Positions 50,420 to 59,936 of a DNA stretch of 64,000 nt are shown piece by piece. The stretch is from a virus: positions 33,101 through 97,100 of the IMG/VR virus record IMGVR_UViG_3300028197_000782; one strand, written 5' to 3'. How positions within the stretch are numbered: position 1 is the stretch's first letter; every line of letters begins with the position of its first letter. Both the position numbers and the translations under genes were made by a program. The notes under the pieces were generated by a model. The model did no database searches. It was not told where the DNA came from and saw only the letters and a program-made list of their open reading frames with translations.

Positions 50420-51889
50420 TTACTTACTAAGTACGTTGTTTTCAAGCCACTCTGCGACACTCGCTCTGGTAGCTTCTAGTTCGTCGGATTCGTCAGAAGC
50501 GTCTACAAGAGTAGCTTCAGTTGTTTCTACTTCTTCAAGAGCTTCTTCAGCAGCTACTTCAGCTTCAGCTTCTTCAGCTTCAGCTTCTACTTCTTCGCTC
50601 ATTGATTTCTTAGGAACTCCAGCTTCTTCTTTTTCTTCTTCTTTAACGGTTGCTTTCTTTTTGTCATCCATCTTCTTCATTGCTGAGATGATAGCGTCGA
50701 AAGTAGAATCGTCAAAATCTGCATAAGATGCAAGGGATTCGTCAGCTTCTTCAGCTTCCAAACCAAGATCGAGGAGAGCAGCCTTGCGAGCCTCTGTCTT
50801 TTTCTCGTCTTTCATCTTCTTGAGTTCTTTCATCTTCTCTACAAACTCGTTGTTCTTTGCTTCAAGAGTTTCTTGAAGTTCTGTTAGAGAAGATTCTTTT
50901 TCAGCTACAGAAACTTCTAAAGCCTTAATAGCTTCATCTTTTTCTGCAACAGTTTCTTCTAATTTAGCAGCAGCTTCAGCAGCTTCTTTTTCCGAAGCGG
51001 TTGAAATCTGTTCACGCAAAGTTGCGTTTTCTTCTTTAGCAGATGCTAACTCACTTTTCATTTCAGCAAGCTGCTTCTCTAAGAGATTAGTATCTGACAT
51101 GTCATTATCTCCTTCAGGGAAACTAGTTAAAATTGTTGAATTAGAATTTAGAGAGAAAGCCCTGCTAGCATCTAAGATAACACTTCTGGGATTTGCTGGT
51201 TTAGATACAAGACCCTTACCAGAAAAAGAAATCTGTCTTAAACATCTACCAATTTGATAGCCTTCGTATTCTCCATTACCACCATAAGCTCTTAGGTGTT
51301 TAGTTAAAAAAGCGGAACTTTCATTCCTCTCTAATAACTTTGAACCACCATTATCATCTAACAGTGCGTAATCAAAACCAGCGAACAAACACTCCATTGA
51401 AACAAACCATTTGCCTTCTTCGATTTCGGCAATGATCTGACTCATTCTTTCCCGATTCTCAGGTTTTGTCCAACTGTTATATAAAACAGCCTCAGTGATA
51501 ATATCAAAATCATCTGGCTGAGTATCGTCTGCGATAGCTGCGCCGTTGCGATCAACAACGTAGCTACCAGTAATATGCCCAATGATATTATTTTCATCGT
51601 GCATAAGATTAAATTGCTTGTCTTCTGGGGTTGTCCGTGCAGACCACGTAGCTTCTGGATCAAAGACATCATCGTTTTTGTTCCAGCCAGTAGAGACAAG
51701 GATTGACTTGATATAATACAAATCAATTTGTTTTGGATTGGCGCTTTCTGCTTTGACTTTTTCCGCAAAGCTAACTGCGTCTGAATGATTATTTACAGAC
51801 AGAGATGCAGGCATACAATAAGCCAAGCTTGCACTGGACCGTACAAGTTCAGCTACGCCGTCTTGAATTTCTTTAGAATAAATTTGCAT
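50420..51889 (-). CDS. Prohead protease fused to an acidic coiled-coil scaffold (likely start ATG 51889)
   Basis: N-terminal NKNDDVF...NLMHD...IIGH...VSMEC...FSG.GLV..PAN motifs (His/Ser protease-like) and E/K/A-rich C-terminal coil; lies between portal and capsid. Confidence 0.75.
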   Translation of the reverse strand: MQIYSKEIQDGVAELVRSSASLAYCMPASLSVNNHSDAVSFAEKVKAESANPKQIDLYYIKSILVSTGWNKNDDVFDPEATWSARTTPEDKQFNLMHDENNIIGHITGSYVVDRNGAAIADDTQPDDFDIITEAVLYNSWTKPENRERMSQIIAEIEEGKWFVSMECLFAGFDYALLDDNGGSKLLERNESSAFLTKHLRAYGGNGEYEGYQIGRCLRQISFSGKGLVSKPANPRSVILDASRAFSLNSNSTILTSFPEGDNDMSDTNLLEKQLAEMKSELASAKEENATLREQISTASEKEAAEAAAKLEETVAEKDEAIKALEVSVAEKESSLTELQETLEAKNNEFVEKMKELKKMKDEKKTEARKAALLDLGLEAEEADESLASYADFDDSTFDAIISAMKKMDDKKKATVKEEEKEEAGVPKKSMSEEVEAEAEEAEAEVAAEEALEEVETTEATLVDASDESDELEATRASVAEWLENNVLSK

Positions 51890-51906
51890 TTGCACCTCTC
51901 TCCAGA

Positions 51907-51915
51907 ATTATACAC
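51907..51915 (-). promoter_or_regulatory. Putative late promoter motif GTGTATAAT
   Basis: Intergenic, just upstream of the protease SD. Confidence 0.65.
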
Positions 51916-51937
51916 GAAAAAATACAAAAAATGAAAC

Positions 51938-53947
51938 CTATGATTTAAGCTCAATGTATATTCCAACGATATGTTTTCTGTATTCTTCAATATTCATTTC
52001 GTTGAGATTGATGTTGTACTCTACAATCTTATTCATGAACTCTGAAGAAGCTCTTGTTTTGTTAGATAATAATTGATAGATTATATTATCTGTAATACTA
52101 TCATTTACACCTATATTGCTAAAAACGTCTAGTTTTAGCTGCTCTAAGCTCTTGAACTCAGCCTTAGTAAGTTGTCTGAGATTTTTCTTACCAGCAGAAC
52201 TTAAATAACAATTTGTAATGGTGTCTGAGATATGAGACCAAGTTTTTTCAGCATTAACTACGATGGTGGCAAGTCCGGGTTTTGACTTGGGTTTTTCCAC
52301 TCTCTTCTTTCTAGGCTTTTCATCTTGCTTGAATAAGGGTCTGCCCTCCTGTAAAACCGTTGGGGTATCTTTTGTATTAGGAGGTGGACCAAGTTCTTGA
52401 TCTGGTTCTTGCTCTGGTTCTTCTTTGACATCTGGAGCAGAAGGAGCATGGAATGGACCAGCTTTTTCTGGACCAACAGTGTCTCTCTTATTAAGCTCTC
52501 TTTTTAGTCTAATGTTTTCAACCTGTGGAATTTCTTTGAATCTCTCTAATAAAGTTTCGTGACTAATAATATCTCTATCAGCAAGTTGAATAAGAAGGTT
52601 CTTCTCAGCAGCCTCGTCTGACAAGGAAGTTCTATCAAACTGGACATGAGCCTTGTATCGGAAACCCATAGACTTTCTAATAATCTCAAGTTCTTTTTCC
52701 CAGAACCTAGTCAATTGATCACGACCGTATTGTAATCTTTCTACTAAAGTTTTTAGAGATATAAAATTATTGGTAAATCCACCACCATTACCAGCCATGC
52801 CAGTAAGAGTCGGAGGTACACCCAATCCAGCATAAATACTGTTAAGAACAGCGGTATATTTTTCTGAACCTAAGAATTTATAAACTTCACTACTAGATTC
52901 TTGAAAGCTTAACTCTGGACCCCAGACTAATTCCATTGTGCCGCCGCCAACGTTACTAGCTAGAATATCTCTAAGTTTATTAATAGCTGCTTTATTAGGT
53001 AGTATCTTATGATCTAAATTACCAAGGGTCCATAATCTAATATTAGATATAGCTCCATCTAGTGCAGACATGTCAGCTAGTCTCATCTTTTCTAGCATAA
53101 CAATATCATCTAGAATAGCGTAAATCATAGGGTGCGCCCACTGTCTCCAATCATCCTTCTTATAATAGAACATAGAAAGTCTATCAGGATCGAGAGGAAT
53201 GTCTTTTTCTCCACGTAACAAGCTTTGCTTGATATTTGGCGGCAATGTGTCTAAGACATGATTTGGGATATCGCCTGTTGTAAACTTATCAAAGAATGAA
53301 TTACTGCTAACACTATAATTCTTAAGTCCCATAAATAAAGATAAATTGCCATCCTTATTTTTAACTGTAAGTGGATTGAAGAAGTTATATCTCCAAGGTA
53401 TTTCGTTTTTCTTGAGATCAGGAACCTCTACCCTAATGTCGCTAGACATGGCCTTCATGTAGCTACTAAGCTGCGGAGTTACTTTAGCATAGCTTCTGTA
53501 TAATATAACATTGCCAGTTTTATATAAGTTATTAAGAAATCTTTCAGAACGTTCTTTTCCGTGTACGCTTCTAAACCATTGTTGATAAAATTTTTCTACA
53601 GACTTATCCCTATGTACAATCTGAATACCTTGACTACCAAAATCCCCCATTAAATCAATGATATTACGTATAATGCCAACCTTGTCGTAAGCATCCATAC
53701 ACATCTTGATAATTCTGCGATGTTGATTTGGAACTGCTTCGTCTGGACGAAACGCATAATAATCTTGTGATGTAAATCCGGGCCTGACTGATCTGTTTGG
53801 CTCGATGTCAATAAAATGTCTGTAATGACTACCTTGAGATTTTGATAAACCAGTATAAGCATCTATATTATCAGCAGCCTTGGTAAAAGCATTGGCTTTA
53901 CCAGCAACATCGCCCTCTGACCATGTAAACATTTCTTCATTGCTCAT
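51938..53947 (-). CDS. Portal protein (669 aa)
   Basis: Directly follows terL; YDKVGIIRNIIDLM...GNV.LY...IYAGLGVPP.L.G portal-like motifs. Confidence 0.85.
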   Translation of the reverse strand: MSNEEMFTWSEGDVAGKANAFTKAADNIDAYTGLSKSQGSHYRHFIDIEPNRSVRPGFTSQDYYAFRPDEAVPNQHRRIIKMCMDAYDKVGIIRNIIDLMGDFGSQGIQIVHRDKSVEKFYQQWFRSVHGKERSERFLNNLYKTGNVILYRSYAKVTPQLSSYMKAMSSDIRVEVPDLKKNEIPWRYNFFNPLTVKNKDGNLSLFMGLKNYSVSSNSFFDKFTTGDIPNHVLDTLPPNIKQSLLRGEKDIPLDPDRLSMFYYKKDDWRQWAHPMIYAILDDIVMLEKMRLADMSALDGAISNIRLWTLGNLDHKILPNKAAINKLRDILASNVGGGTMELVWGPELSFQESSSEVYKFLGSEKYTAVLNSIYAGLGVPPTLTGMAGNGGGFTNNFISLKTLVERLQYGRDQLTRFWEKELEIIRKSMGFRYKAHVQFDRTSLSDEAAEKNLLIQLADRDIISHETLLERFKEIPQVENIRLKRELNKRDTVGPEKAGPFHAPSAPDVKEEPEQEPDQELGPPPNTKDTPTVLQEGRPLFKQDEKPRKKRVEKPKSKPGLATIVVNAEKTWSHISDTITNCYLSSAGKKNLRQLTKAEFKSLEQLKLDVFSNIGVNDSITDNIIYQLLSNKTRASSEFMNKIVEYNINLNEMNIEEYRKHIVGIYIELKS

Positions 53948-53976
53948 TGAAAAACCTCAATTGGATTGGTAATTGG

Positions 53977-53985
53977 ATTGTACAC
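53977..53985 (-). promoter_or_regulatory. Putative late promoter variant GTGTACAAT upstream of the portal gene
   Basis: One mismatch to GTGTATAAT, in the terL-portal gap. Confidence 0.5.
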
Positions 53986-53988
53986 CTA

Positions 53989-55965
53989 TCAATACACATC
54001 TTTCATATTTTCAGAAAACCAGCTTGGACCTGTATATAACTTATCTGTGCTTTTAGGCTTATGACCACCAGTAGCAAAGCCTCCATAAAAGTTGTAAGCT
54101 GCTTGTTCTGGAGTACGCTGTATCACTCTAGCTGCCATGTTTGCCATTAGTAATGCAGAATATCTGTCTTTTCTAATTTTACTTTTTCTACCTGTACCTA
54201 TGACAACCTGCGGAGTATCCCAGCGATCTCTACCAGCAGTTGTCTGAGTCATCTGTATCATTGCTAATTCATCTTTCAATTCTTCTATATCTAACACGCA
54301 TTCTTCTAAGGTGTCAAACATCCTTCCCTTTTCTGTATCTTGATGTTCTGAGATAGTTAGACTCAATGAATCAAAGTCAGGGAATAATAATGTCTTATCT
54401 TCAAAGTCTTTTCTAAGTCCATGATTAGCTTCAGCAAGCCAATCATACTTTGCGAATTGGCACATCTCTAATATATGCAGTCCTTGTTCGTCATCTGTAT
54501 CCTTAGCTTTGTTATCATCTATAGTAGGCCATATAGCTACTTCTCCCTCTTTAATTTTATCTTTGTCATGCATAGACTCCATAACGGCTACGCCGCCACC
54601 TTGAGCATCCATAGCAATATGAAGGCATGGGAACAATAACATGAGGTCTCTAATTTTTCGAGCGCAGTAAGCATAGAAGTCTGTCTCTGAGACATAACCT
54701 CTCTTAACCTTTTCTTTATGTTCTGATCTAGTTGTAGTCCAACAATGAACAATACGCCTGCTTGATGGATACACCTCTAGTACAACAATGCTAAAATTAT
54801 CTACTTCAGAAGCAGGGTCAACGCCAATTATATATTTACGATCTTTATCACCCATCAACGCTGCTTCAAAGTGTATAAGTTCGCCGTTTGTATCTTTAAT
54901 TTTATTTTTTTCGTTAGCAACGCAAGACTCAATTAAAGATCTTTTGAAAAAACCTTGGCTATCCCTAGTAAAACAAGCACCATATTCCATTTGGTATATG
55001 CCAGCATGTACCGTGGCTTTAGATCTAGCTACTTGGTCTGCATCCATAAAACCTTTAGGTAATAATTCATAAGGCATACGTACAATAGAATATTGAGTCC
55101 AATCGAAACTTTCTGGAGGATCTTCTCCAAAAATTTCTCTAAGTTTATTATATTGACCTCTACTTTGTATGATGGACTTCCATTTTTTCCAGTATGTAGC
55201 AAAGTGGTTAAAATCATAGTAAGCAGTACCAGACAATACAATTTGATTATCTTTTTGGACTTCTCTTTGTTCTTCTTCTAGTACTACTCCTAATTCATCT
55301 GCTTTTTTCTGAGCAGCCACCCTCTTCACATTTTCTACTGGGTCAGCACTAACAGCTGCAAAACCAGCTACAACATTTTCAAATATCTCTCTAGGTATAG
55401 ATGCAAATTCGTCAGCAATAATATCGTTAGCTCTTTGGCCTCTAATTTTTTGACCATCACCAAGAGGTAGACATGTTACAGTGCTGTCGTTTAGTCTTAA
55501 CGTACACCTATCTGTATCTCTACGTGGACCACTATCTCCATCGCAAATATCTCTAAGCATAGGTGAATTACGCCATATTGTTTCCATGTACTCAAAAAGC
55601 ACCTTAGACTGCCTGAATGCAGCACCTACTACAACAACCTTCCTCTTGGGTAATATTAACGCTCTAAGGACACAGTATAGAGATAGCATAAATGATTTAC
55701 CAAAACCTCGACTAGCAATAAGCATTGGAAACTTCCTTGTCCATATCTCTCTAAGAAACAGAGCCTGAGATGGAAGTAATTGTACATTCAATATTTCTTT
55801 ACATATAAATGATAAATACTCTGGTCTTGTCATAAGCCAAGCCAGCTTTATATTGAAGTCATCATCTGCTACGCTAAGTATCGACATGGGGTTAAACAAA
55901 TCAGTTTCTACTGTGTCTAGTCCAAGCCAAGCTTCGTCGATTTTTTTTAATTTATTTTTTGCCAA
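53989..55965 (-). CDS. terL: Terminase large subunit (658 aa)
   Basis: Walker A ASRGFGKS, Walker B IIADEF, motif III LSGTA, nuclease IGVDPAS and KDRYSAL. Confidence 0.93.
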   Translation of the reverse strand: MAKNKLKKIDEAWLGLDTVETDLFNPMSILSVADDDFNIKLAWLMTRPEYLSFICKEILNVQLLPSQALFLREIWTRKFPMLIASRGFGKSFMLSLYCVLRALILPKRKVVVVGAAFRQSKVLFEYMETIWRNSPMLRDICDGDSGPRRDTDRCTLRLNDSTVTCLPLGDGQKIRGQRANDIIADEFASIPREIFENVVAGFAAVSADPVENVKRVAAQKKADELGVVLEEEQREVQKDNQIVLSGTAYYDFNHFATYWKKWKSIIQSRGQYNKLREIFGEDPPESFDWTQYSIVRMPYELLPKGFMDADQVARSKATVHAGIYQMEYGACFTRDSQGFFKRSLIESCVANEKNKIKDTNGELIHFEAALMGDKDRKYIIGVDPASEVDNFSIVVLEVYPSSRRIVHCWTTTRSEHKEKVKRGYVSETDFYAYCARKIRDLMLLFPCLHIAMDAQGGGVAVMESMHDKDKIKEGEVAIWPTIDDNKAKDTDDEQGLHILEMCQFAKYDWLAEANHGLRKDFEDKTLLFPDFDSLSLTISEHQDTEKGRMFDTLEECVLDIEELKDELAMIQMTQTTAGRDRWDTPQVVIGTGRKSKIRKDRYSALLMANMAARVIQRTPEQAAYNFYGGFATGGHKPKSTDKLYTGPSWFSENMKDVY

Positions 55966-56594
55966 TCTTCTAGCACCCTGTCTGCAAAACCGTAATGAAC
56001 GGCTTCTTGTGAATTAATGTACCAATCGCCTGATTTTAATTTTCTTGTTAAGTATGTTTTAACTTTTTCTATGTCTGGATTCTTACCATACTTTTCTTGG
56101 AAGTACGGTCCTTGACTGCAACTCTTTGCATAAATATCAATCATAACATCACAAATATGTTTTTCATATTTAGCTAAATTCTGAACAGTTAGGTATTCGC
56201 CAATAGCTGCACTAGATCCATAATGAGACATAAAATAAGTATTGGGTGTAATCAATCTTAAATCCGCAGCTTGAAATATTATACTACTCATAGACTCCGC
56301 TTGACCATAAGCAATAATAGTAACAAAAGATCTAGACATTGATATAGCGTCATAAATAGCCATACCATCTGACCATTCTCCCCCAACGCTTTGCATATGT
56401 ATAGTAATAGGTTTATCTGATTTAATATCTAATGCTCTCATGTTTTTTAAGAACGTATTAGACATCTTATACTCTACGCCGGGATTGTCTTCATCATTAG
56501 CTCCATAATGATTATGCAGAAATATTTCTCTAGTATCTATGTTAGCGCAATAATTATGAAGATCGTAAAGTAGATCTTTATCGTAATTATTCAT
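55947..56594 (-). CDS. clpP: ClpP-family serine protease (215 aa)
   Basis: ITIHMQSVGGE..DGMAIYD, GQAESM (Ser), FMSHYG (His), DWYINSQEAVHYGFAD.V. Confidence 0.85.
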   Translation of the reverse strand: MNNYDKDLLYDLHNYCANIDTREIFLHNHYGANDEDNPGVEYKMSNTFLKNMRALDIKSDKPITIHMQSVGGEWSDGMAIYDAISMSRSFVTIIAYGQAESMSSIIFQAADLRLITPNTYFMSHYGSSAAIGEYLTVQNLAKYEKHICDVMIDIYAKSCSQGPYFQEKYGKNPDIEKVKTYLTRKLKSGDWYINSQEAVHYGFADRVLEDWQKIN

Positions 56595-57094
56595 TTCTTT
56601 CTCCCTATAGTATACATTTCGTTAATCCTTTTAAATATACTACTAACCGCTAAGAATGCTGTATGTTTGTCTCCACAGAAAAGTATATGAACATTATTGT
56701 ATAGTTCAAACTCAATTAAACATTTTAACATATATCTTCCTGTTATTTTTACAGAAGCCTTGTTTTTAATTGGTATCCTCGTCTCTTTAGGAAACTTTAA
56801 TAATTCTGACAGGGAAAACTCTAGCACCATGTACTTATGAGGAAAACTTTCCATTCTTTCTATCTCTTTAAGAAATGTAGTTTTTTTAGAGCCTAAGTTC
56901 TGAGCAAGTTCTTCAACACAGCCTTTTCTTTCTATGCACACCTTGTCCTCTAGTCCTTGTATAGAATAGTCTCCAGTATCTAGCTTGTGTTCAATCATTC
57001 CGGAACATGTGTTAAACTTGCTAAAAAAATAGCCATCTTGCTCTCTAGTATCCTTTATTACTGTAAAGTCAGGAGCTTGTTTATATTTACTCAT
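56591..57094 (-). CDS. ERCC4-domain nuclease (167 aa)
   Basis: DTREQ...LDTGDYS...IERKG..EL signature. Confidence 0.85.
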   Translation of the reverse strand: MSKYKQAPDFTVIKDTREQDGYFFSKFNTCSGMIEHKLDTGDYSIQGLEDKVCIERKGCVEELAQNLGSKKTTFLKEIERMESFPHKYMVLEFSLSELLKFPKETRIPIKNKASVKITGRYMLKCLIEFELYNNVHILFCGDKHTAFLAVSSIFKRINEMYTIGRKK

Positions 57095-57342
57095 TTAATT
57101 ATTTCTCTAAATAAAACTTCGTAGTGGGATTCTTGACCTGTAATTGATTTATGACAGTATCTGCATAATGTTATTCCATTTGATATTTCATACCTAAGAG
57201 CAGAAGCCCCGGACCATTTTGATATATGATGAACTTGTAAATTTTTTTTATTTTTACATCCCGGCATTTGGCATTTAAACTTGTCTCGTTTAAGAACCCT
57301 TATTCTGAAGTCTTTATATATAGGGTCGTCGTAGTTTCTCAC
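57091..57342 (-). CDS. HNH endonuclease (83 aa)
   Basis: RD...CQMPGC...LQVHHI...NGITLCRYCH. Confidence 0.9.
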   Translation of the reverse strand: MRNYDDPIYKDFRIRVLKRDKFKCQMPGCKNKKNLQVHHISKWSGASALRYEISNGITLCRYCHKSITGQESHYEVLFREIIK

Positions 57343-57587
57343 AGTGCTTCTATTCTCTCTATTCTAAGAAATGTTCTAATCTTACGGCATAGTATTCTAG
57401 ACTTCATTGATGTTTCTGTTTCTAATATTTCTTGCATTATTCTTTTCATAACAACATAACAAGCGTCGTCTGGATTATCGGCTTCTACGAATTTTAACAT
57501 AAAAGGCTGGTTATAATCCTTTAAGTCTAACTCTTTAATTTGTATATATAGATCTGCTAAATCTATGGATATTTTATAATTTCGCAT
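57339..57587 (-). CDS. Hypothetical protein (82 aa)
   Basis: Overlaps both neighbours in operon fashion. Confidence 0.7.
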   Translation of the reverse strand: MRNYKISIDLADLYIQIKELDLKDYNQPFMLKFVEADNPDDACYVVMKRIMQEILETETSMKSRILCRKIRTFLRIERIEAL

Positions 57588-58563
57588 CGACCATAAGTTT
57601 TACTAACCCCTCGAAGTCACATTTAGGTTTCCATCCCAACACTTCTTTTGCTTTAGAGCAATCTCCTCTAAGATATTCTACTTCGCACGGTCTATAAAAT
57701 TCTGGATCAATCACGACATAATCTTCCCAATTGTTAATATCTATATAAGAAAAGGCGCAATCTAGAAAATCTCGTATCGTGTGAGTCTTTCCAGTACAAA
57801 TTACATAATCGTCTGGAATATCCTGCTGTGTCATCGACCACATAGCTTCGACATAATCTCCTGCGAAGCCCCAATCTCTGTAAGCATCTAGATTTCCCAA
57901 TCTTAATTTAGGGAATTTATCGGATTTAAATTGTTTTACGAATTCAGTAATCCAATGCACTATTTTCTGTGTGACAAAATTCTCACCCCTTCTCGGTCCT
58001 TCATGATTAAAAAGAATGCCAGCACTAGCATGTAAGTCGTAAGCATCCCGATATATACGAACAGCGTGATGGGCAGCAGTTTTAGCGATAGCGTATGGTG
58101 AGTTGGGCATGAGTTTAGTTTGTTCATTTTGATATTTAACTCCATTTTTATCTATATCATAATTACTACCAAACATTTCAGATGAAGACGCTTGGTAAAA
58201 TTTTACATCTCGCATTTCTAAGTCTACTAGACACTGTAAGAGATTTAAGCATCCTTTGCCAGTAATATCCCAAGTCAGTGCGGGTTGTTTAAAAGAAGTT
58301 CCTACATGCGACTGTGCCGCTAGATTATAGATTTCATCTACATTATCGTTATTTTTAAATATATTGTACACACTACTGACATCTGTTATATCCCCTTCGA
58401 TCAATTTAAAATTATTATTATAGGATAGATGCTTAACTCTCTCTGTTGTATCGACACTGCATCTCCTCGCTACTCCGATAACTTCATAATTCTTTTCAAG
58501 GAGTAAGTCCGCTAGATGGCTTCCATCCTGTCCCGTAATGCCTGTAATTATTGCTTTCTTCAT
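57574..58563 (-). CDS. gmd: GDP-mannose 4,6-dehydratase
   Basis: ITGITGQDGSHLA, YNLAAQSHV, YQASSSEMFG, SPYAIAK, GILFNHEGPRRGENFVT.KI, LGNLDAYRDWG. Confidence 0.93.
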   Translation of the reverse strand: MKKAIITGITGQDGSHLADLLLEKNYEVIGVARRCSVDTTERVKHLSYNNNFKLIEGDITDVSSVYNIFKNNDNVDEIYNLAAQSHVGTSFKQPALTWDITGKGCLNLLQCLVDLEMRDVKFYQASSSEMFGSNYDIDKNGVKYQNEQTKLMPNSPYAIAKTAAHHAVRIYRDAYDLHASAGILFNHEGPRRGENFVTQKIVHWITEFVKQFKSDKFPKLRLGNLDAYRDWGFAGDYVEAMWSMTQQDIPDDYVICTGKTHTIRDFLDCAFSYIDINNWEDYVVIDPEFYRPCEVEYLRGDCSKAKEVLGWKPKCDFEGLVKLMVDAKL

Positions 58564-58667
58564 TTTTTATCCTTTACCATATTAACAAGAAACCAAGCCA
58601 CTGATAATTCTAAACTAATTGCAATAGCCCAACATGGTAAAATTACAAACAGTGATTCTGGGTTCAT
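58560..58667 (-). CDS. Small single-pass membrane protein (35 aa; not in the ORF track)
   Basis: MNPESLFVILPCWAIAISLELSVAWFLVNMVKDKK; fills the gap, SD AAGGA, stop overlaps the gmd start (ATGA). Confidence 0.6.
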   Translation of the reverse strand: MNPESLFVILPCWAIAISLELSVAWFLVNMVKDKK

Positions 58668-58669
58668 TG

Positions 58670-59455
58670 TTAATCCTTTACTGTGTCTGGTGTTAAAAAG
58701 GGTTGGTCTACGGTTCCATCCTCATATTTATGAAAATTAGCCAATCTCTCTTCTTCCTTCTTCATCGCCACCCTCATCTTCTCCATCTCCATTCCATAAG
58801 CCTTCATCCTCTCGGGGTCTTGCATCATTGCCGCAACCCAACTGGTAAAGCTCTGCTTACTCTCTTCAAGCCGTTTAATACGCTGCTCACGGGTTCCTTT
58901 CATTTCTTTGAGCATCGACCCCTTCTTGGCCTGCAATTCCCTGTAATCACGATTTAAGCTTTCCTGTGATGCCCTAAGCGAAGCCATCTGTCTTTCTAAG
59001 TTAATAATATAATCATAGTCTTGTTGATCCTTGTCTCTACTTCTTTCATCTCGTACCATCTGATCGTATATATTGATTTGTTCAATGTTTTCTTTGTTGC
59101 CTTTTAAGCATCTATTCATTAAAATTTCAAGTTTAATTACATCTACTACTTGTAGTTCTTCAGTTGGGAATACATCATCTTTAAACTGGGATATAATCCT
59201 AGCCCAGTGATATTTAAATAATGTTAATTCATCCTCAGTAAACTGTTGTCTAAGCTCTGTGAAGTAGGGGCGTTGTCCTAGTTCATACCCGGCAGCTTCA
59301 GAGGGAGTTAATCCTAGATGTAGGTTTTCTTTTACGTACTTTTCAATAGCTGATACAGAACGGTCTAGTTTTTGAGCTATATCTTCCACTGTGGTAGAAT
59401 GGGCGATTCTATCTATGATGCGTTGTTCGTCTTTTGATAATCTACCCGTTTTCAT
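58670..59455 (-). CDS. HTH + coiled-coil protein, terminase small subunit candidate (261 aa)
   Basis: N-terminal TVEDIAQKLDRSVSAIEKY HTH, central coiled coil, upstream of terL. Confidence 0.45.
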   Translation of the reverse strand: MKTGRLSKDEQRIIDRIAHSTTVEDIAQKLDRSVSAIEKYVKENLHLGLTPSEAAGYELGQRPYFTELRQQFTEDELTLFKYHWARIISQFKDDVFPTEELQVVDVIKLEILMNRCLKGNKENIEQINIYDQMVRDERSRDKDQQDYDYIINLERQMASLRASQESLNRDYRELQAKKGSMLKEMKGTREQRIKRLEESKQSFTSWVAAMMQDPERMKAYGMEMEKMRVAMKKEEERLANFHKYEDGTVDQPFLTPDTVKD

Positions 59456-59936
59456 GATTAACTATCTCTTTTAGTCTTTCTATAAGTTGATCTCTACGTA
59501 TTTTAGGTATAGTAATACCATTAATAAATTTAAGGTAGTCTGCACGGTATTCGGAGTCTAGTTGTTCATCTACAATTCGTGAAAGTTCTTTTTGGTAGAT
59601 TTTATCTATTATATGTTCTTCAGATACTAGACATATATTGGACTCATGAGTAATAGAAGCAGGTGACGTAATCTTTTTTTTGTCTACGTCCTTGGCGTTG
59701 CCAAAATTATCTCTAACAAAGTTTTTAAGACGGTTGGATAAATTAACGGACAAGAAGTTTTCTAAGGGGCGTTTTTCGTCATATCTATCTAGGGCTTCTA
59801 CACATATAATAAAAGATTCTTGTTTTATATCATCTACGTCGTAACAGTGAAAAGTATATTTTGGGGCGATCCTATTAATGACAAGCTCTATCTTCTCTAG
59901 AGTCTCTTCAGGTGTCATATTTTTAGGTATCTTCAT
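59442..59936 (-). CDS. Phage-encoded sigma70-family (region 2) sigma factor, likely start MKIPK at 59936
   Basis: IAPKY...DVDDIKQESFIICVEALDRYD..RPLENFLSVNLSNRLKNFVRD matches sigma region 2; C-terminal part is short. Confidence 0.75.
   Translation of the reverse strand: MKIPKNMTPEETLEKIELVINRIAPKYTFHCYDVDDIKQESFIICVEALDRYDEKRPLENFLSVNLSNRLKNFVRDNFGNAKDVDKKKITSPASITHESNICLVSEEHIIDKIYQKELSRIVDEQLDSEYRADYLKFINGITIPKIRRDQLIERLKEIVNHENG

Noticed and set aside
53989-55965. Intein or intron in terL (also checked portal and capsid)
   Set aside because: ORFs are continuous and of ordinary size, with no intein terminal motifs or homing endonuclease insert seen.
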